DNA of 64,000 nucleotides, taken from the NCBI GenBank assembly GCA_965262675.1, contig OZ253554.1, positions 844,496 through 908,495 on the forward strand. The letters run 5' to 3'. The notes beneath the pieces were generated by a model. The model was not told where the DNA came from. It saw only the letters and a program-made list of their open reading frames with translations, and made no database searches. The translations under genes and the position numbers were made by a program. The stretch's first letter is position 1. Each line of letters opens with the position of its first letter. Positions 46,672-57,200 of this stretch are shown piece by piece. This DNA comes from Terriglobia bacterium (GTDB lineage Bacteria; Acidobacteriota; Terriglobia; 20CM-2-55-15).

Positions 46672-49600
46672 TCAGGAATTATGCGGATTAAGAACATCCT
46701 CCAGACGCTCGCGTGCCGCTCGGCTGAGCCGGGCGATTCCTAACGCCCGTGCAAGTTCAACTACATCGCCATTGAGGTCTAGTGTCTCGTCAATGTGTTG
46801 CAATTCTTCCGCGCAGATGTGCTCGGGTTTGCGCATCTCCTCGTCTCGGTTAGCATAGCGCGCGGGGACCAACCGATTCTTGACCGTGCCCTTTCGCCAA
46901 AAGAAGAGGCCGACATCCTCGTTCGTGCGCCCCCGCCGGTTCTTGGCGAGGCGCAACACCAGATTGCGAATCTGACGTCCGGCGCGTTGGAAATCGTGAT
47001 GACGGGCAATTCGACGGCTCAGAATATCCTCATGGATCGGCCCTTCGATATCGACAATGTGATCGATCATCGCTTTAAGCCTCCGTTCGTACTCCTCGTC
47101 GTAGAAGCGCGATGGATCGGGCACAAACGCACCACCAGCAAGACGACTTTTGACGTAACGATGGGTTTCCTCCAGAGCGGTCTCGCTCGAAAAGACGAGA
47201 GACGGCTGCTCCTCGGCGGAATTTACCTGGGCGGCCTTTGCGGTCGCACCCTGGAGGCGGTGCCCCTCATTTCCCGCACGTATAGAGTAAGTCCGTTTGA
47301 CGTCGCGTTGCCGCGAGGACGTCTCCTTGGAGCCGTTTTCGTAAGGTAGGACGCCATCGACGTCTATAGGGCTGTGATCTTCAGAAACCGGCTCTTTGCG
47401 CTCCCCGTCGTCTCTTGCAGCTTTGCGGCGCTGTCTATCCTCCTCCAGATGCTCCCTCAACTGGCGATCGAGCTTTTCGAGCGCCCCCACCTTGTTGATC
47501 CACCAGTCCGTTGACCATACGCGGAAGAGGGTCCAACCGAGTCCCTCCAGCACTTCCTGACGGATCTTGTCGCGTTCCCGGGCGAAGGCGGAACTGTGGT
47601 ACATCGCCCCGTCGCATTCGACGCCCGCGAGATAGACCCCGGGCTCGTCTGGATGGACGACTCCGAGATCTATCCGGAACGAACTGACGCCGATCTGCGG
47701 GTGGATCGTCCACCCTTTCTCACGAAAGGACCGTGCAACGGCAATTTCGAACGGCGATTCGAAATCTCCAAGCGAACCGTGAACACCTGCGCCAAGCGCT
47801 ATCGGCCCGCGTTCGGCATATTCAAGAAAATGCTTCAGATCCTTCACCGCTTCCGCGTTCGTGCGGGAAAGGTCGATCTTATCGGGGTGCAGTGTCGCGA
47901 AAACGACCATCTCAGAACGCGCTCGAGTCAATGCAACATTGAGGCGCCTTTCGCCCCCCTCCCGGTTCAAAGGACCGAAATTCATAGACACATGGCCGGA
48001 TTGGTCCGGCCCATACGTAACGCTGAAGAGGATCACGTCGCGTTCGTCGCCCTGAACAGTCTCGAGGTTCTTGACGAATACCGCCTCCTGATGGTTCTCA
48101 TCGAAAGCCCATTCGATGCTCGGATTGGCGGCCCGCGCCCTATCCAACAGATCCTCGATTAGCGACTGCTGTTCTGTATTGAAAGTGACGACACCGATGG
48201 TGGCCTGTTTCACCTCAGGTTCGTCCGAAGTGAGGCGCCGGACGACCTCAGCGACGATCACTTTCGCCTCTCGTTCATTGTGTCGCGCCTTGCCACGGGC
48301 ATAAAACCCGTCGGGCCGGACCAACCGAACGCCGGAATCCGGACGGATCGGCGCCGGGAAGGTGATGAGGCTGTTGTCGTAGTAGCGACTGTTCGAGAAG
48401 GCGATCAAGCTTTCCCGGCGGGAGCGATAGTGGAGATTGAGCGTGCATTCCGGGATGCTGGAGCTTCGCAATTCGTCCAGGATACTCTCCAGATCACCGT
48501 CATAGTCGATGTCACCGTCAGGATCGTCGTCAGCGCGGTTGAAAAAGTTGGTCGGCGGCATCTGCTTCGGATCGCCTGCGACAATCACCTGCATCCCGCG
48601 CGCTATCGAACCCACGGCATCCCAGACCGTGATCTGCGACGCCTCGTCAAAAATCACCATGTCGAACAAGGCTTGTTCCGCCGACAGATATTGCGCGACG
48701 GAAAGCGGCGACATCATCAGACAAGGGGTGAGCTTGGTTACCACATCGGGTGCCTCTTGCATCAGTTGGCGTACCGGCTTATGACGCTTTTTCTTGTTGA
48801 TCTCGTGCCGCAAGACGCCCCATTGGGAACTTTTCTTCACATCATCCTGAACCGGGATCTGGCCGCTCAGTCCGGCTGCGATATAGGCTGCCGTAATCTT
48901 TTGGAAGGATGCGTCGATCTGCCGGAACTTCTCGATCGTATCCATATGTTCGGCGGTCGAGAATGTACGTAGCACCTCGTCTTCGCCAATCACCATAGAC
49001 GACCACCAAGCGCAATACGCGGCCTCAAACGTCTCCAGAATCTCGTCAATGGGAACACGCCCCTTCTCGATCCCGTCTACCAGCGGTGCAAGGTCGAGAT
49101 CCATCGCCTCTGTCCGCCGCTTTCGCCAGGCACACCAGTCATGCAACTCCGCTCGCCGGGCAATGATCGTCTCGGCAGTCTCACACAATGCCTCAAGCGC
49201 CCGGTCTTTCTCCGAAAAAGCCTCGCGCACGACGCGTCCGGCGCGCTCTTCGAAGGCCCGGCTTGCACTCTGCAACGTGTCGAGTGTCTTCAAATACTCC
49301 GCTGCCGCGCGGCCCACAATTGCTTCCGGGGCAAGCAGGTCATTGCCGTCCTGCAGAAGCATCCGCACCTTGCGACGCACCTCCGCTAGCGCCTGCGCAT
49401 CGTCGGCGAGCCATCCGACCGATGTGCGCGCTCGATCGCCCAGATCTCGCAACGCCTGCGCGGCCTGCGGATCGGTCGTGTGCGCCTCCCACTCCTTGAG
49501 CGAGGAAAGTTGCTTGTCGAGGCGATCGATCGCCTCGCCCTCCTCGCGAAGTGAGGTCAGCAACGGGGCGTCGCGCGCAGGATTCGGCTCGCCTCGGGCC

Positions 49601-52600
49601 CCACCTTTGCGCATCGATTTGATGACGGCACGCTGGGCGAATATTTTTTTGGGCCACCAAGTACGTTCCGCCTCTGCCCAGTGCAACGCGACCTCTTGAC
49701 CGTCGGTCGCCCTCCAGGCCATCGGATCATAAGGACAGCTCAACCGAGCCTGCGCCGCAGCATAAGCTTTGAGGCGGTGAACTGCCTCTTCCAGCGCTTC
49801 GATCCGGTCCTGACCGTCTGGCTCCAGCGCGTAGGCGGTCTGTCTACGATATGACTCCGTCAACACGCGCGCGAGATCAGCGAGCGCATCGAGGCGTCTC
49901 ATGGTCTGGTCGGGCAGCGTCAAACCGACGGTCTCACAAAGCGCGCGCGCAGCGTGATCGGCAGCCTTCGCGGCGGCGGAGAGCGCGGCAGCGCGGCCCA
50001 CCAGTTCACCCTCCCACTGCGGTGTCCATCCTGAGCTCGCTACGAGTTGCAAAGGGCTTTCCGTGATCTCGCCCACAGCATGGGCCTGAATCTTCAACAT
50101 TTCGGCCGCCGCACGCATCGCGGCGAGTTGCGCCTCGTCATGCTGATCGGCTTTCGGCCAAGAAAGATTGATCCGCGAGCCCAACTCTTCGTCGCGCACC
50201 TTCACGCCAATCGCGTAGTGGGCGGTTAGACCGTTCCGCCGCCTGCGGTGCATATGATCAATGAATCGATTGAGTTGGTCGCGTAAGATGCGTAGTCGCT
50301 CCGCCTCCTTCTCCCAAACCTCGGCCGTGCGGCTTTTTCCAGTGGACCAAGCGGTTTCGAGTTGATTTAACACGTCCGCCTTTTTGGCCTTGTTGGAATG
50401 GAGTTCCAGACAGAAGCGCCCCAGTCCGATGTCATCGAGACGACGGTAGACGACGTTGAGCGCCGCCGTCTTCTCCGAGACAAAGAGAACCTTCTTTCCC
50501 TTTCCGAGAAAGTGCGCGATCAGATTGCCAATAGTCTGGCTTTTGCCCGTGCCGGGCGGGCCGATGATTATGAAGTCCTTGCCCCTATCCGCCGTCGCGA
50601 CCGCCGCCATCTGGGACGAATCCGCCGGCAGCGGGACAAGCAGTTCGGAAGGCTTATAGTCGCGATCGATCCGATCCGTCTCGACGAAGGCGATCTTGCT
50701 CCCATAGGCCTCGCGCGGGGTATCGATCAGGTGCCGGACAACCGGATTCTCCCGCAGTGCATCCGTCCGATCGATCAGATCCTTCCACATCAGGAACTTC
50801 GCGAAGGAAAAATGGCCGAGCACCACGTCCTCCACGACCTCGAAGCCCGGCGCGTCCTTGACTGCCTTGCGCACCTTTTTCCAGATACCATGGACGTCGA
50901 CCCCACTTTCGTCCTCGGGAAGTGCTCCGTCAATGCCTTTGATATCGATTTCGAAATCCTTACGCAGCATTTCGAGGAGGGTGGTGTTAAAGCGCGGCTC
51001 GTCGTCATGCGCAAGCATCTTGACGCCGCTACGGACCGACTGGCGCTGCAGGGTGACGGGCATCAAGATGAGGGGGGCACGGAAGCGATGGTCTTCCTTT
51101 TCATCCCGCTTCCAGAGGAGGAAGCCGAGGGCGACGTAGAGCGTGTTCGCCCCGCCCTCCTGCAGCGCTGTCCGGGCCTTGCGGTAGATTTCGACAGCGC
51201 GCTTCGAGAGGTCCTCTGGTGGAAGATCGACCAACACTTGACCCCGATTCAGCGCGTCGCGGGCGTACTCCTCTGTGATTAGTTCGCCGGTGCGTTGTTC
51301 ATGGAGATCAACGTCCTGTGCTTGGGAAGTTGCCTGCCGCAAAACCTGGATCGAGATCTTGCTCCCATCTGCAAGTTTGTCTTCGAGTAGCCCTGGATCG
51401 GGGCAGACGATCTTCAGGCTTGCCTTGGTCGATTTGTGATTCAGAAGTGGATTGCGCGCGGAGAGGTCAAGCAGCTTGCGTTGCCAACGCTCCAAACGAC
51501 CGGCCGGAGTCTCCGGCTTCTGTTCCGTGACGTCCTCGTCGAATCGGGGCAACGCCGGCGCCTCCTCCATTGGAAGCTCGACGGCCTCAATCCCCTGGCC
51601 GTCTGGACCATTCGTAGGCGTCTCCCCTTTCAGCCCCAGCGGCAAAATCCGATGCGCACGAGCGCGACGAATGTCGACCGCGACGCTGAACGTTTGGTCG
51701 CGCTCTGGGGCGACCTGCTCCATTGCGCGAGCAATCGCTTTCGAAAAAGGCGGCGCCGGATACGAAGTGGCCAGCGTCGTTTCAATCAGGATGAGTTCCT
51801 GCAATTGATAGCGCTTGCGGAGCGTCTCGGCGTCATCAATCACAATGGTGGTGAGCTCTTCCGGTTGTAGCCAGACGCCGACCATGGCATGGTCCTTCGG
51901 CATCGCGATGATGGGATTGAGGCCCGCTTGCTCCAACACAGAGGCGAACAGCATCGTGGTGTCGAGACATGTTGCAATCTTGCGCTCCCAGATCTGGCTT
52001 GGCAGGCGGATTTTCTGGCCGTCGCGCTCAAAGCTGGCCGGGGGAACAGCATAGACGATCCCGAGATTGGCGATTGCCGTGTAGATAGCTGACGCCATTT
52101 CCCAAATCCGGTGCCGACTGCCGGAGCTATAGCCGTCGAGGCCGTCGGGCTTGCCAGCTTGGCGCAGAAGCTTTGAGGCCTTGTGCAAAATCCGGTCAAC
52201 TGCCGGGTCATTCGGCATCGAAAAAGCTGCCAAAAGCTCCGGCATATAGCCCGAACCACCCCATTCATTGAAAGCGAGAATCTCGACGGGCTTAGTCACC
52301 TCGGTCAGCACCTCACCCCCAGTCTCGACTCGGATCGAGACCGCCCCACGCAGTGAGTCGGAGAGGTCAAGCAGGAAACCGCCATCGAGATCGATATCAC
52401 GATGCCTGACCGAAACAACCCCAGCCGCGGCTATGCGATCGATGCGCCAGATCTTCGGCTTTATGAAGCCCGGATTCGCACTAAGCGTTACCAGAACGTC
52501 GTCGAGACGATTCTCCTCGTCCAGGTTTTCAATTCGGAGATCCCGCAACACGGGATATGCACTTTGGTGGCAGGCGAAATTCAACTTCGCCGCAATTTCA

Positions 52601-52638
52601 CAATGAATTGCGACGGTTCGATCTTTGGCGTCGTCCAT
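46672..52638 (-). CDS. 1988-aa DUF4011 / Upf1-like SF1 helicase (AAA_11/AAA_12) / REase (Vsr/DUF559-like) / DUF3320 protein (Hhe-like architecture)
   Basis: Walker A IIIGPPGTGKSQTIGN, motif VI VALTRARSEMVVF, endonuclease core GVECDGAMYHSSAFARERDKIRQEVLEGLGWTLFRVWSTDWW, and a C-terminal DUF3320-like tail. Confidence 0.85.
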   Translation of the reverse strand: MDDAKDRTVAIHCEIAAKLNFACHQSAYPVLRDLRIENLDEENRLDDVLVTLSANPGFIKPKIWRIDRIAAAGVVSVRHRDIDLDGGFLLDLSDSLRGAVSIRVETGGEVLTEVTKPVEILAFNEWGGSGYMPELLAAFSMPNDPAVDRILHKASKLLRQAGKPDGLDGYSSGSRHRIWEMASAIYTAIANLGIVYAVPPASFERDGQKIRLPSQIWERKIATCLDTTMLFASVLEQAGLNPIIAMPKDHAMVGVWLQPEELTTIVIDDAETLRKRYQLQELILIETTLATSYPAPPFSKAIARAMEQVAPERDQTFSVAVDIRRARAHRILPLGLKGETPTNGPDGQGIEAVELPMEEAPALPRFDEDVTEQKPETPAGRLERWQRKLLDLSARNPLLNHKSTKASLKIVCPDPGLLEDKLADGSKISIQVLRQATSQAQDVDLHEQRTGELITEEYARDALNRGQVLVDLPPEDLSKRAVEIYRKARTALQEGGANTLYVALGFLLWKRDEKEDHRFRAPLILMPVTLQRQSVRSGVKMLAHDDEPRFNTTLLEMLRKDFEIDIKGIDGALPEDESGVDVHGIWKKVRKAVKDAPGFEVVEDVVLGHFSFAKFLMWKDLIDRTDALRENPVVRHLIDTPREAYGSKIAFVETDRIDRDYKPSELLVPLPADSSQMAAVATADRGKDFIIIGPPGTGKSQTIGNLIAHFLGKGKKVLFVSEKTAALNVVYRRLDDIGLGRFCLELHSNKAKKADVLNQLETAWSTGKSRTAEVWEKEAERLRILRDQLNRFIDHMHRRRRNGLTAHYAIGVKVRDEELGSRINLSWPKADQHDEAQLAAMRAAAEMLKIQAHAVGEITESPLQLVASSGWTPQWEGELVGRAAALSAAAKAADHAARALCETVGLTLPDQTMRRLDALADLARVLTESYRRQTAYALEPDGQDRIEALEEAVHRLKAYAAAQARLSCPYDPMAWRATDGQEVALHWAEAERTWWPKKIFAQRAVIKSMRKGGARGEPNPARDAPLLTSLREEGEAIDRLDKQLSSLKEWEAHTTDPQAAQALRDLGDRARTSVGWLADDAQALAEVRRKVRMLLQDGNDLLAPEAIVGRAAAEYLKTLDTLQSASRAFEERAGRVVREAFSEKDRALEALCETAETIIARRAELHDWCAWRKRRTEAMDLDLAPLVDGIEKGRVPIDEILETFEAAYCAWWSSMVIGEDEVLRTFSTAEHMDTIEKFRQIDASFQKITAAYIAAGLSGQIPVQDDVKKSSQWGVLRHEINKKKRHKPVRQLMQEAPDVVTKLTPCLMMSPLSVAQYLSAEQALFDMVIFDEASQITVWDAVGSIARGMQVIVAGDPKQMPPTNFFNRADDDPDGDIDYDGDLESILDELRSSSIPECTLNLHYRSRRESLIAFSNSRYYDNSLITFPAPIRPDSGVRLVRPDGFYARGKARHNEREAKVIVAEVVRRLTSDEPEVKQATIGVVTFNTEQQSLIEDLLDRARAANPSIEWAFDENHQEAVFVKNLETVQGDERDVILFSVTYGPDQSGHVSMNFGPLNREGGERRLNVALTRARSEMVVFATLHPDKIDLSRTNAEAVKDLKHFLEYAERGPIALGAGVHGSLGDFESPFEIAVARSFREKGWTIHPQIGVSSFRIDLGVVHPDEPGVYLAGVECDGAMYHSSAFARERDKIRQEVLEGLGWTLFRVWSTDWWINKVGALEKLDRQLREHLEEDRQRRKAARDDGERKEPVSEDHSPIDVDGVLPYENGSKETSSRQRDVKRTYSIRAGNEGHRLQGATAKAAQVNSAEEQPSLVFSSETALEETHRYVKSRLAGGAFVPDPSRFYDEEYERRLKAMIDHIVDIEGPIHEDILSRRIARHHDFQRAGRQIRNLVLRLAKNRRGRTNEDVGLFFWRKGTVKNRLVPARYANRDEEMRKPEHICAEELQHIDETLDLNGDVVELARALGIARLSRAARERLEDVLNPHNS

Positions 52639-53094
52639 GCTGCCCCCCCTGAAAGTAGATCGTCCATCGTTACGCCGACATTCCCCAAATGACTTACAAA
52701 TTCGGCCAGATGTAGCTAAACGGATCCCGTATCGGAACCAAGAACAACGTCTCGATCGGATGGAGCAAGTTTTCGACTGCTGGACCGCCTGAAACGACCA
52801 TTCAGATTGAGCCGATTCCGTTCCATCCAGAAACCTTTCTCCTTCACACGTCTCCGTTCTGTCGTCCCCTTAGATTGCAACCATGGCCAATGGTCGCAAT
52901 ATGTCGATCCCCCGCAAGATTTTCAGAAACAGATCAGTCTGCACGGCAACCTCAGCAAATTGGAAGGTGACGTATATCACCAATCAATCGGGCGCACGTC
53001 CTGAAGACATATTTAGTTGCCGTACGTTGTAAATCTTCTGACTTCATCCGACAGTACGCAGCAGCAATCGGAGTCGAGTTCCCAGCTAAACACT

Positions 53095-53275
53095 CCGTTG
53101 AAACGCACTCGATCTCCGTGCCCCGTTGCTGGGGGAGTAATGCCGCCGAGATGTTGAGGGTGACGTCTGACTTGCCGCGATCGGTGGACTCCAGTACGGC
53201 AGTCACCACCTTGTCAACCTCGAGGTTGACAAGGCCCCGCTTCTCCAACTGAACGACGCGTGGAAACCTCAACAT
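53095..53275 (-). pseudogene. internal fragment of a paralogous FtsX/MacB-type permease
   Basis: KVVTAVLESTDRGKSDVTLNISAALLPQQRGTEI aligns with KVVTAVLESTHRGTPDFTVTIPAALLAQQRRTQTI of the intact permease 57438..58682. Confidence 0.5.
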
Positions 53276-53469
53276 TGCTCCAACCCGATACCTCGCTCGC
53301 GCGGACCCGCCCTTCCGACGAAAATGCTCCCAAAAACTTGTTTCGCGTATACTCTATTTTTTCGAATGGGACTCCAAAATGGGCGATCCGGAACGTCTCA
53401 TCGGGTTGGCGTTCCAAGGCATTTCGGGCCAATCTGTCGCCCGATGGATGTGTAGAGGGGAGTTGATAC

Positions 53470-54270
53470 ATGCGAAATCGATTGACCGGCGTGATCGTGA
53501 CGGCCGCGGCGGTATTGTTGACCGCCGGCGCCGTTCGCGCCCAGCAACTGGAACGTCCCGAACGCATGTTGGACCGTCCCGACCTGAACGGCATCTGGCA
53601 GGCGCTGAACACCGCCAACTGGAATCTCGAAGGTCATTCGGCGGAAGCGCTCGATGACTTCTGGCAGCTCGGCGCCATCGGCGCGATTCCGGCGGGCCAG
53701 AGCGTCGTCGGTGAAGGCACGATTCCGTACCTGCCCGAAGCGCTCGCTATACGCGATGAAAACCGCGCGGCGTGGCCCGCTGAAGATCCCGAAGCGAAAT
53801 GCTACATGCTGGGAGTTCCACGCGTTACCTACCATGATTTGCCGTTCCAGATTTTCCAGGGCAACGGCGATCTTCTGATGGTCTACCCGTTCGCCGCCGC
53901 GAACAGAGTTATCTACATGAGCGATGACTCGGAACTGCCGATCGATTCGTGGATGGGCAAATCCAACGGAACCTGGGAAGACGATGTTCTGGTCGTGACG
54001 ACGACGGGCTCCAACGGCCAGACGTGGTTGGATCGCGCCGGCAATCATCACAGCAATCAGTTGACGGTCACGGAGCGATTTACGCTTCTCGGGCCGAACC
54101 ACATCTGGTATGAGGCGACGCTTGAGGATCCGCTGACCTTCTCGGAGCCCTGGACCATCGAGATGCCGCTGTATCGTTTGATCGAGGAGAACGCGCAACT
54201 GCTCGAGCACAAGTGTGTACCGTTTGCGGACATGCTTCTCTATAGCGATCTGCTCCTGACGGAGCAATGA
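53470..54270 (+). CDS. secreted protein, paralogue family L (subtype 1, second copy)
   Basis: RPDLNGIWQALNTANWNLE, DPEAKCYMLGVPR, SWMGKSNGTWEDDVLVV, EATLEDP, IEENAQLLEHKCV. Confidence 0.65.
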   Translation: MRNRLTGVIVTAAAVLLTAGAVRAQQLERPERMLDRPDLNGIWQALNTANWNLEGHSAEALDDFWQLGAIGAIPAGQSVVGEGTIPYLPEALAIRDENRAAWPAEDPEAKCYMLGVPRVTYHDLPFQIFQGNGDLLMVYPFAAANRVIYMSDDSELPIDSWMGKSNGTWEDDVLVVTTTGSNGQTWLDRAGNHHSNQLTVTERFTLLGPNHIWYEATLEDPLTFSEPWTIEMPLYRLIEENAQLLEHKCVPFADMLLYSDLLLTEQ

Positions 54271-54332
54271 CGGCGCGCGGAAATGCGGCGTAACGACGAT
54301 GTCTTCAGAATAGACGATCGGGAGCAAGACCA

Positions 54333-54731
54333 ATGCAGAGCAGACTGATGAGTGTTATTGCGAGCGCCGGAGTCCTGATGGCGGCGGCGTTGCCCGCGGC
54401 GGCGCACCATTCCTTTTCCGCCGAGTTCTCCCGGGAGAGGCCGGTCACGCTCGAGGGCGAAGTGGTCATGATGGAGTGGGTGAACCCGCATTCGTGGCTG
54501 CACATCGACGTGCCGCAGGCGGACGGCTCCGTCGAACGCTGGAAGGTTGAAGGCGGGTCACCGTCGGTATTGATGCGCCAAGGATGGAACAGGGATTCGC
54601 TGCCGGCCGGCACGAAGGTCAGAGTCGAAGGTTTCGGGGCGAAGGATGGCGCGTTCCGGGCCCAGTCGCGAGGACTTGAGTTCCCCGATGGCCGACGTCT
54701 GGAGCTTGGCGGCACGGCAAGTCCCGATTAG
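54333..54731 (+). CDS. small secreted His-His protein (132 aa), partner S
   Basis: ...ALPAAA then HHSFSAEFS...MMEWVNPHSWLHIDV... Confidence 0.65.
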   Translation: MQSRLMSVIASAGVLMAAALPAAAHHSFSAEFSRERPVTLEGEVVMMEWVNPHSWLHIDVPQADGSVERWKVEGGSPSVLMRQGWNRDSLPAGTKVRVEGFGAKDGAFRAQSRGLEFPDGRRLELGGTASPD

Positions 54732-54873
54732 CAGCCCGTGGCGAAACCCTGCATGGTCGCGCAGACGGGGTTCTTCGAATACATGGTCTGACACTTTCCA
54801 TCGGCCAGGACACCGCCCAGTGGATACCGTCTCAACACACCTGCGGCCCGGTACCGCAAGGAGCAACAAGATT

Positions 54874-55719
54874 ATGCGCAGCACTGTTCTTGCTATCGCC
54901 GGCCTGATCGCCGTTCCGCTGGCGGGCATGTCGCAACCGGCCGGTTGGAACGATCCCTATCCACCCCATCGCGTGATGGACAACCTCTACTACGTCGGCA
55001 CCACCATGCTGGCCACATTCCTGGTTGCCACGCCGGACGGTCATATCCTGATCAATAGCGACTACGAGACGACAGTACCGGTGATTCGCGACAACATGGC
55101 CGAACTGGGCTTCGATTTCGACGACATCAGGATCGTTCTCGGCAGCCACGCACATGCCGACCATGTGGAGGCGGACGCGCTGATCCAGGAACTGACCGGA
55201 GCGGAAGTCATGGCGGCCCGAGGCGACGTGCCGGCTCTGCGCGAGATTCGTCCAGGCGGCAAGGAGCATCCGATCGACCGCATACTCGACGACGGCGATG
55301 AGGTGACGCTGGGGGGAACGACGCTGACGGCTCACGTGATGCCGGGTCACACCAAGGGCTGTACGAGTTGGGGAATGGAATTGACCGAAGACGGCCAGAC
55401 TTACCAGGCACTGATCGTTTGCAGCCTCAACGGCGGTTTCCTTGAGCTTTTCGACAACCCGGATTACCCCGAAATCGCCGATGACTTCGTGGCGACGTTC
55501 GAAAAGGCGCGGGCGTTACCGATCGATGTCTTTCTCAGTTCCCATGGCGTGTTCTACGGCCTGGACGCCAAGTACGAGCAACTGCTGGCCCGCGCCCCCG
55601 GAGATCCCAACCCGTTTGTCGATCCCGAGGGTTACCAAGCGCACATTGACGAGTACGAGGAGATTTTCCAGACGAGACTCGAGGAGCAGCGAAACGCTGC
55701 CGAGACAACCGACCCGTAA
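54874..55719 (+). CDS. subclass B3-like metallo-beta-lactamase-fold hydrolase (secreted)
   Basis: GSHAHADH zinc motif, later H...D...H ligands; signal peptide MRSTVLAIAGLIAVPLAG chosen as start. Confidence 0.75.
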   Translation: MRSTVLAIAGLIAVPLAGMSQPAGWNDPYPPHRVMDNLYYVGTTMLATFLVATPDGHILINSDYETTVPVIRDNMAELGFDFDDIRIVLGSHAHADHVEADALIQELTGAEVMAARGDVPALREIRPGGKEHPIDRILDDGDEVTLGGTTLTAHVMPGHTKGCTSWGMELTEDGQTYQALIVCSLNGGFLELFDNPDYPEIADDFVATFEKARALPIDVFLSSHGVFYGLDAKYEQLLARAPGDPNPFVDPEGYQAHIDEYEEIFQTRLEEQRNAAETTDP

Positions 55720-55816
55720 GATCTTCGGTCCTGGGTCCTTCACAAACCAAGCGTTCGATTCGAACCTTCCTGAATGGTAAGACGCGAGAAGGCGTTCAGA
55801 TAGCTCATCGGTGCCC

Positions 55817-56095
55817 CTACACTAACTCAATGTTCACGCGGCGCCCGACCATTGCGGCGGCCCGTTGCAGGCTGCCGAGCGTGATGTCGTTGTTCGGATC
55901 GAGCAGCCGGTCCACCTGGGTGCGGCTCGTCTTCAGCAGCGTCGCCATCTTGTTCTTGGAGATGTTCTTCTGCTTCATGGCCTCCGCGAGCTGCCACGCG
56001 ACGACCTCCTTGATCGCCTGCGCCTGCGTTTCCTCGAAGATGCCTTCCTCCTTAAGGAAGGCATCGATGCTCGAACCCATATGCGTCTTGCTCAT
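55817..56095 (-). CDS. XRE-family HTH protein (antitoxin-like)
   Basis: ...ISKNKMATLLKTSRTQVDRLLDPNNDITLGSLQRAAAMVGRRVNIELV. Confidence 0.55.
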   Translation of the reverse strand: MSKTHMGSSIDAFLKEEGIFEETQAQAIKEVVAWQLAEAMKQKNISKNKMATLLKTSRTQVDRLLDPNNDITLGSLQRAAAMVGRRVNIELV

Positions 56096-56150
56096 CGTTT
56101 CGATTGGTTGGCTGAACAGGCTCGCGTGGCTTCTTCAGGAACCCGATGGC

Positions 56151-57200
56151 CTACTGACCGGCCTGCTGTGCTCGCTCGAAACGCGACGTCTCGATGTAAT
56201 TACGGACGGCCGTGTTGCCTTCGTGGCAGGCGTATTCGTAGATCCGGTAGCTGTTGTCGAGCTTCATCGGGTAGGCCGCGGTCCACGAACCCGTCGCCAG
56301 CACTTCGGGGTCCTCCACGGTCATCTGGTATTCGATCGTTTCGTCGTCGGTTCGGGTAAAGCGCTCGACGAAGCGCATGTTTTCTGTCGTCGGCTGCAAG
56401 GGCCGCGGAGAACCGGGGACCCCGGCGCTGGTGGCGCCCGTCTTGCCGGTGAAGTTCGTTGTTTCGACGACAAGCGTGTTGCCTTCCCATCGCCCCCGCG
56501 GCTCGCCCAGCCACTGCCTGATCGACGAATCGAGCGCCGGGCGCGGTTCGGTGGGAATGATGCGGGCCTCGTGGGCCATTTCGATGACAAGCACGACGTA
56601 GCCAGGAGACTGAACGATCTGGATGCCGTTGTTGTAGTTGCGGGTCAACATCGAAACGGGCAGACCGCGCGTGATGCAACGATCCCAGTGGTTGAAGTCC
56701 TCGATGCCGTCGAATACGGTCTGTCCCGGCCGGTAGCTGCTGCGCATGTCGGCTTGCAGCGCCACGCCGGTTTCGGTCAGTCCCGGAAAACGCCCATCCG
56801 GCGGATCGATTATCAGGGACGTCAGCCGCATCGCCTGGCCTGCCGGATCGGCCGCGGGTATCGCTCCTGAAAGGAAACGCGAGTCGCGGGCTTCCACACT
56901 GGCCTGCTCGGCCTCGAATTCCTCATCGGTCAACAATCGGCGCTCGCCGAACTCCTCCGGGCGTTCGAGAGGGACGCCGATCAAATGGGAAAGGGGCCAA
57001 ATGCCCTGAAGGTCGGGCTCGCCCCACGGCGTCATCGGGTGCGTCCAGTCGGCATCGCTCGCGGCGGGTTCCACTGCCGTCTGTGGGTCCGAGCAGCCCG
57101 TCAGGCCTATGCCGATAACAATTCCACCTAAAGCCAGAATCCGTTTGATCACCTTGAGAATCCTCTGCGATTCATGCCGTCGAACGCTGTTACGCGGCAT
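56151..57200 (-). CDS. secreted/lipoprotein, paralogue family L (subtype 2, second copy; no small partner)
   Basis: TPWGEPDLQGIW, IDPPDGRFP, QSPGYVV, GRWEGNTLVVETTNF, YEYACHEGN; possible lipobox LTGCS. Confidence 0.65.
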   Translation of the reverse strand: MPRNSVRRHESQRILKVIKRILALGGIVIGIGLTGCSDPQTAVEPAASDADWTHPMTPWGEPDLQGIWPLSHLIGVPLERPEEFGERRLLTDEEFEAEQASVEARDSRFLSGAIPAADPAGQAMRLTSLIIDPPDGRFPGLTETGVALQADMRSSYRPGQTVFDGIEDFNHWDRCITRGLPVSMLTRNYNNGIQIVQSPGYVVLVIEMAHEARIIPTEPRPALDSSIRQWLGEPRGRWEGNTLVVETTNFTGKTGATSAGVPGSPRPLQPTTENMRFVERFTRTDDETIEYQMTVEDPEVLATGSWTAAYPMKLDNSYRIYEYACHEGNTAVRNYIETSRFERAQQAGQ

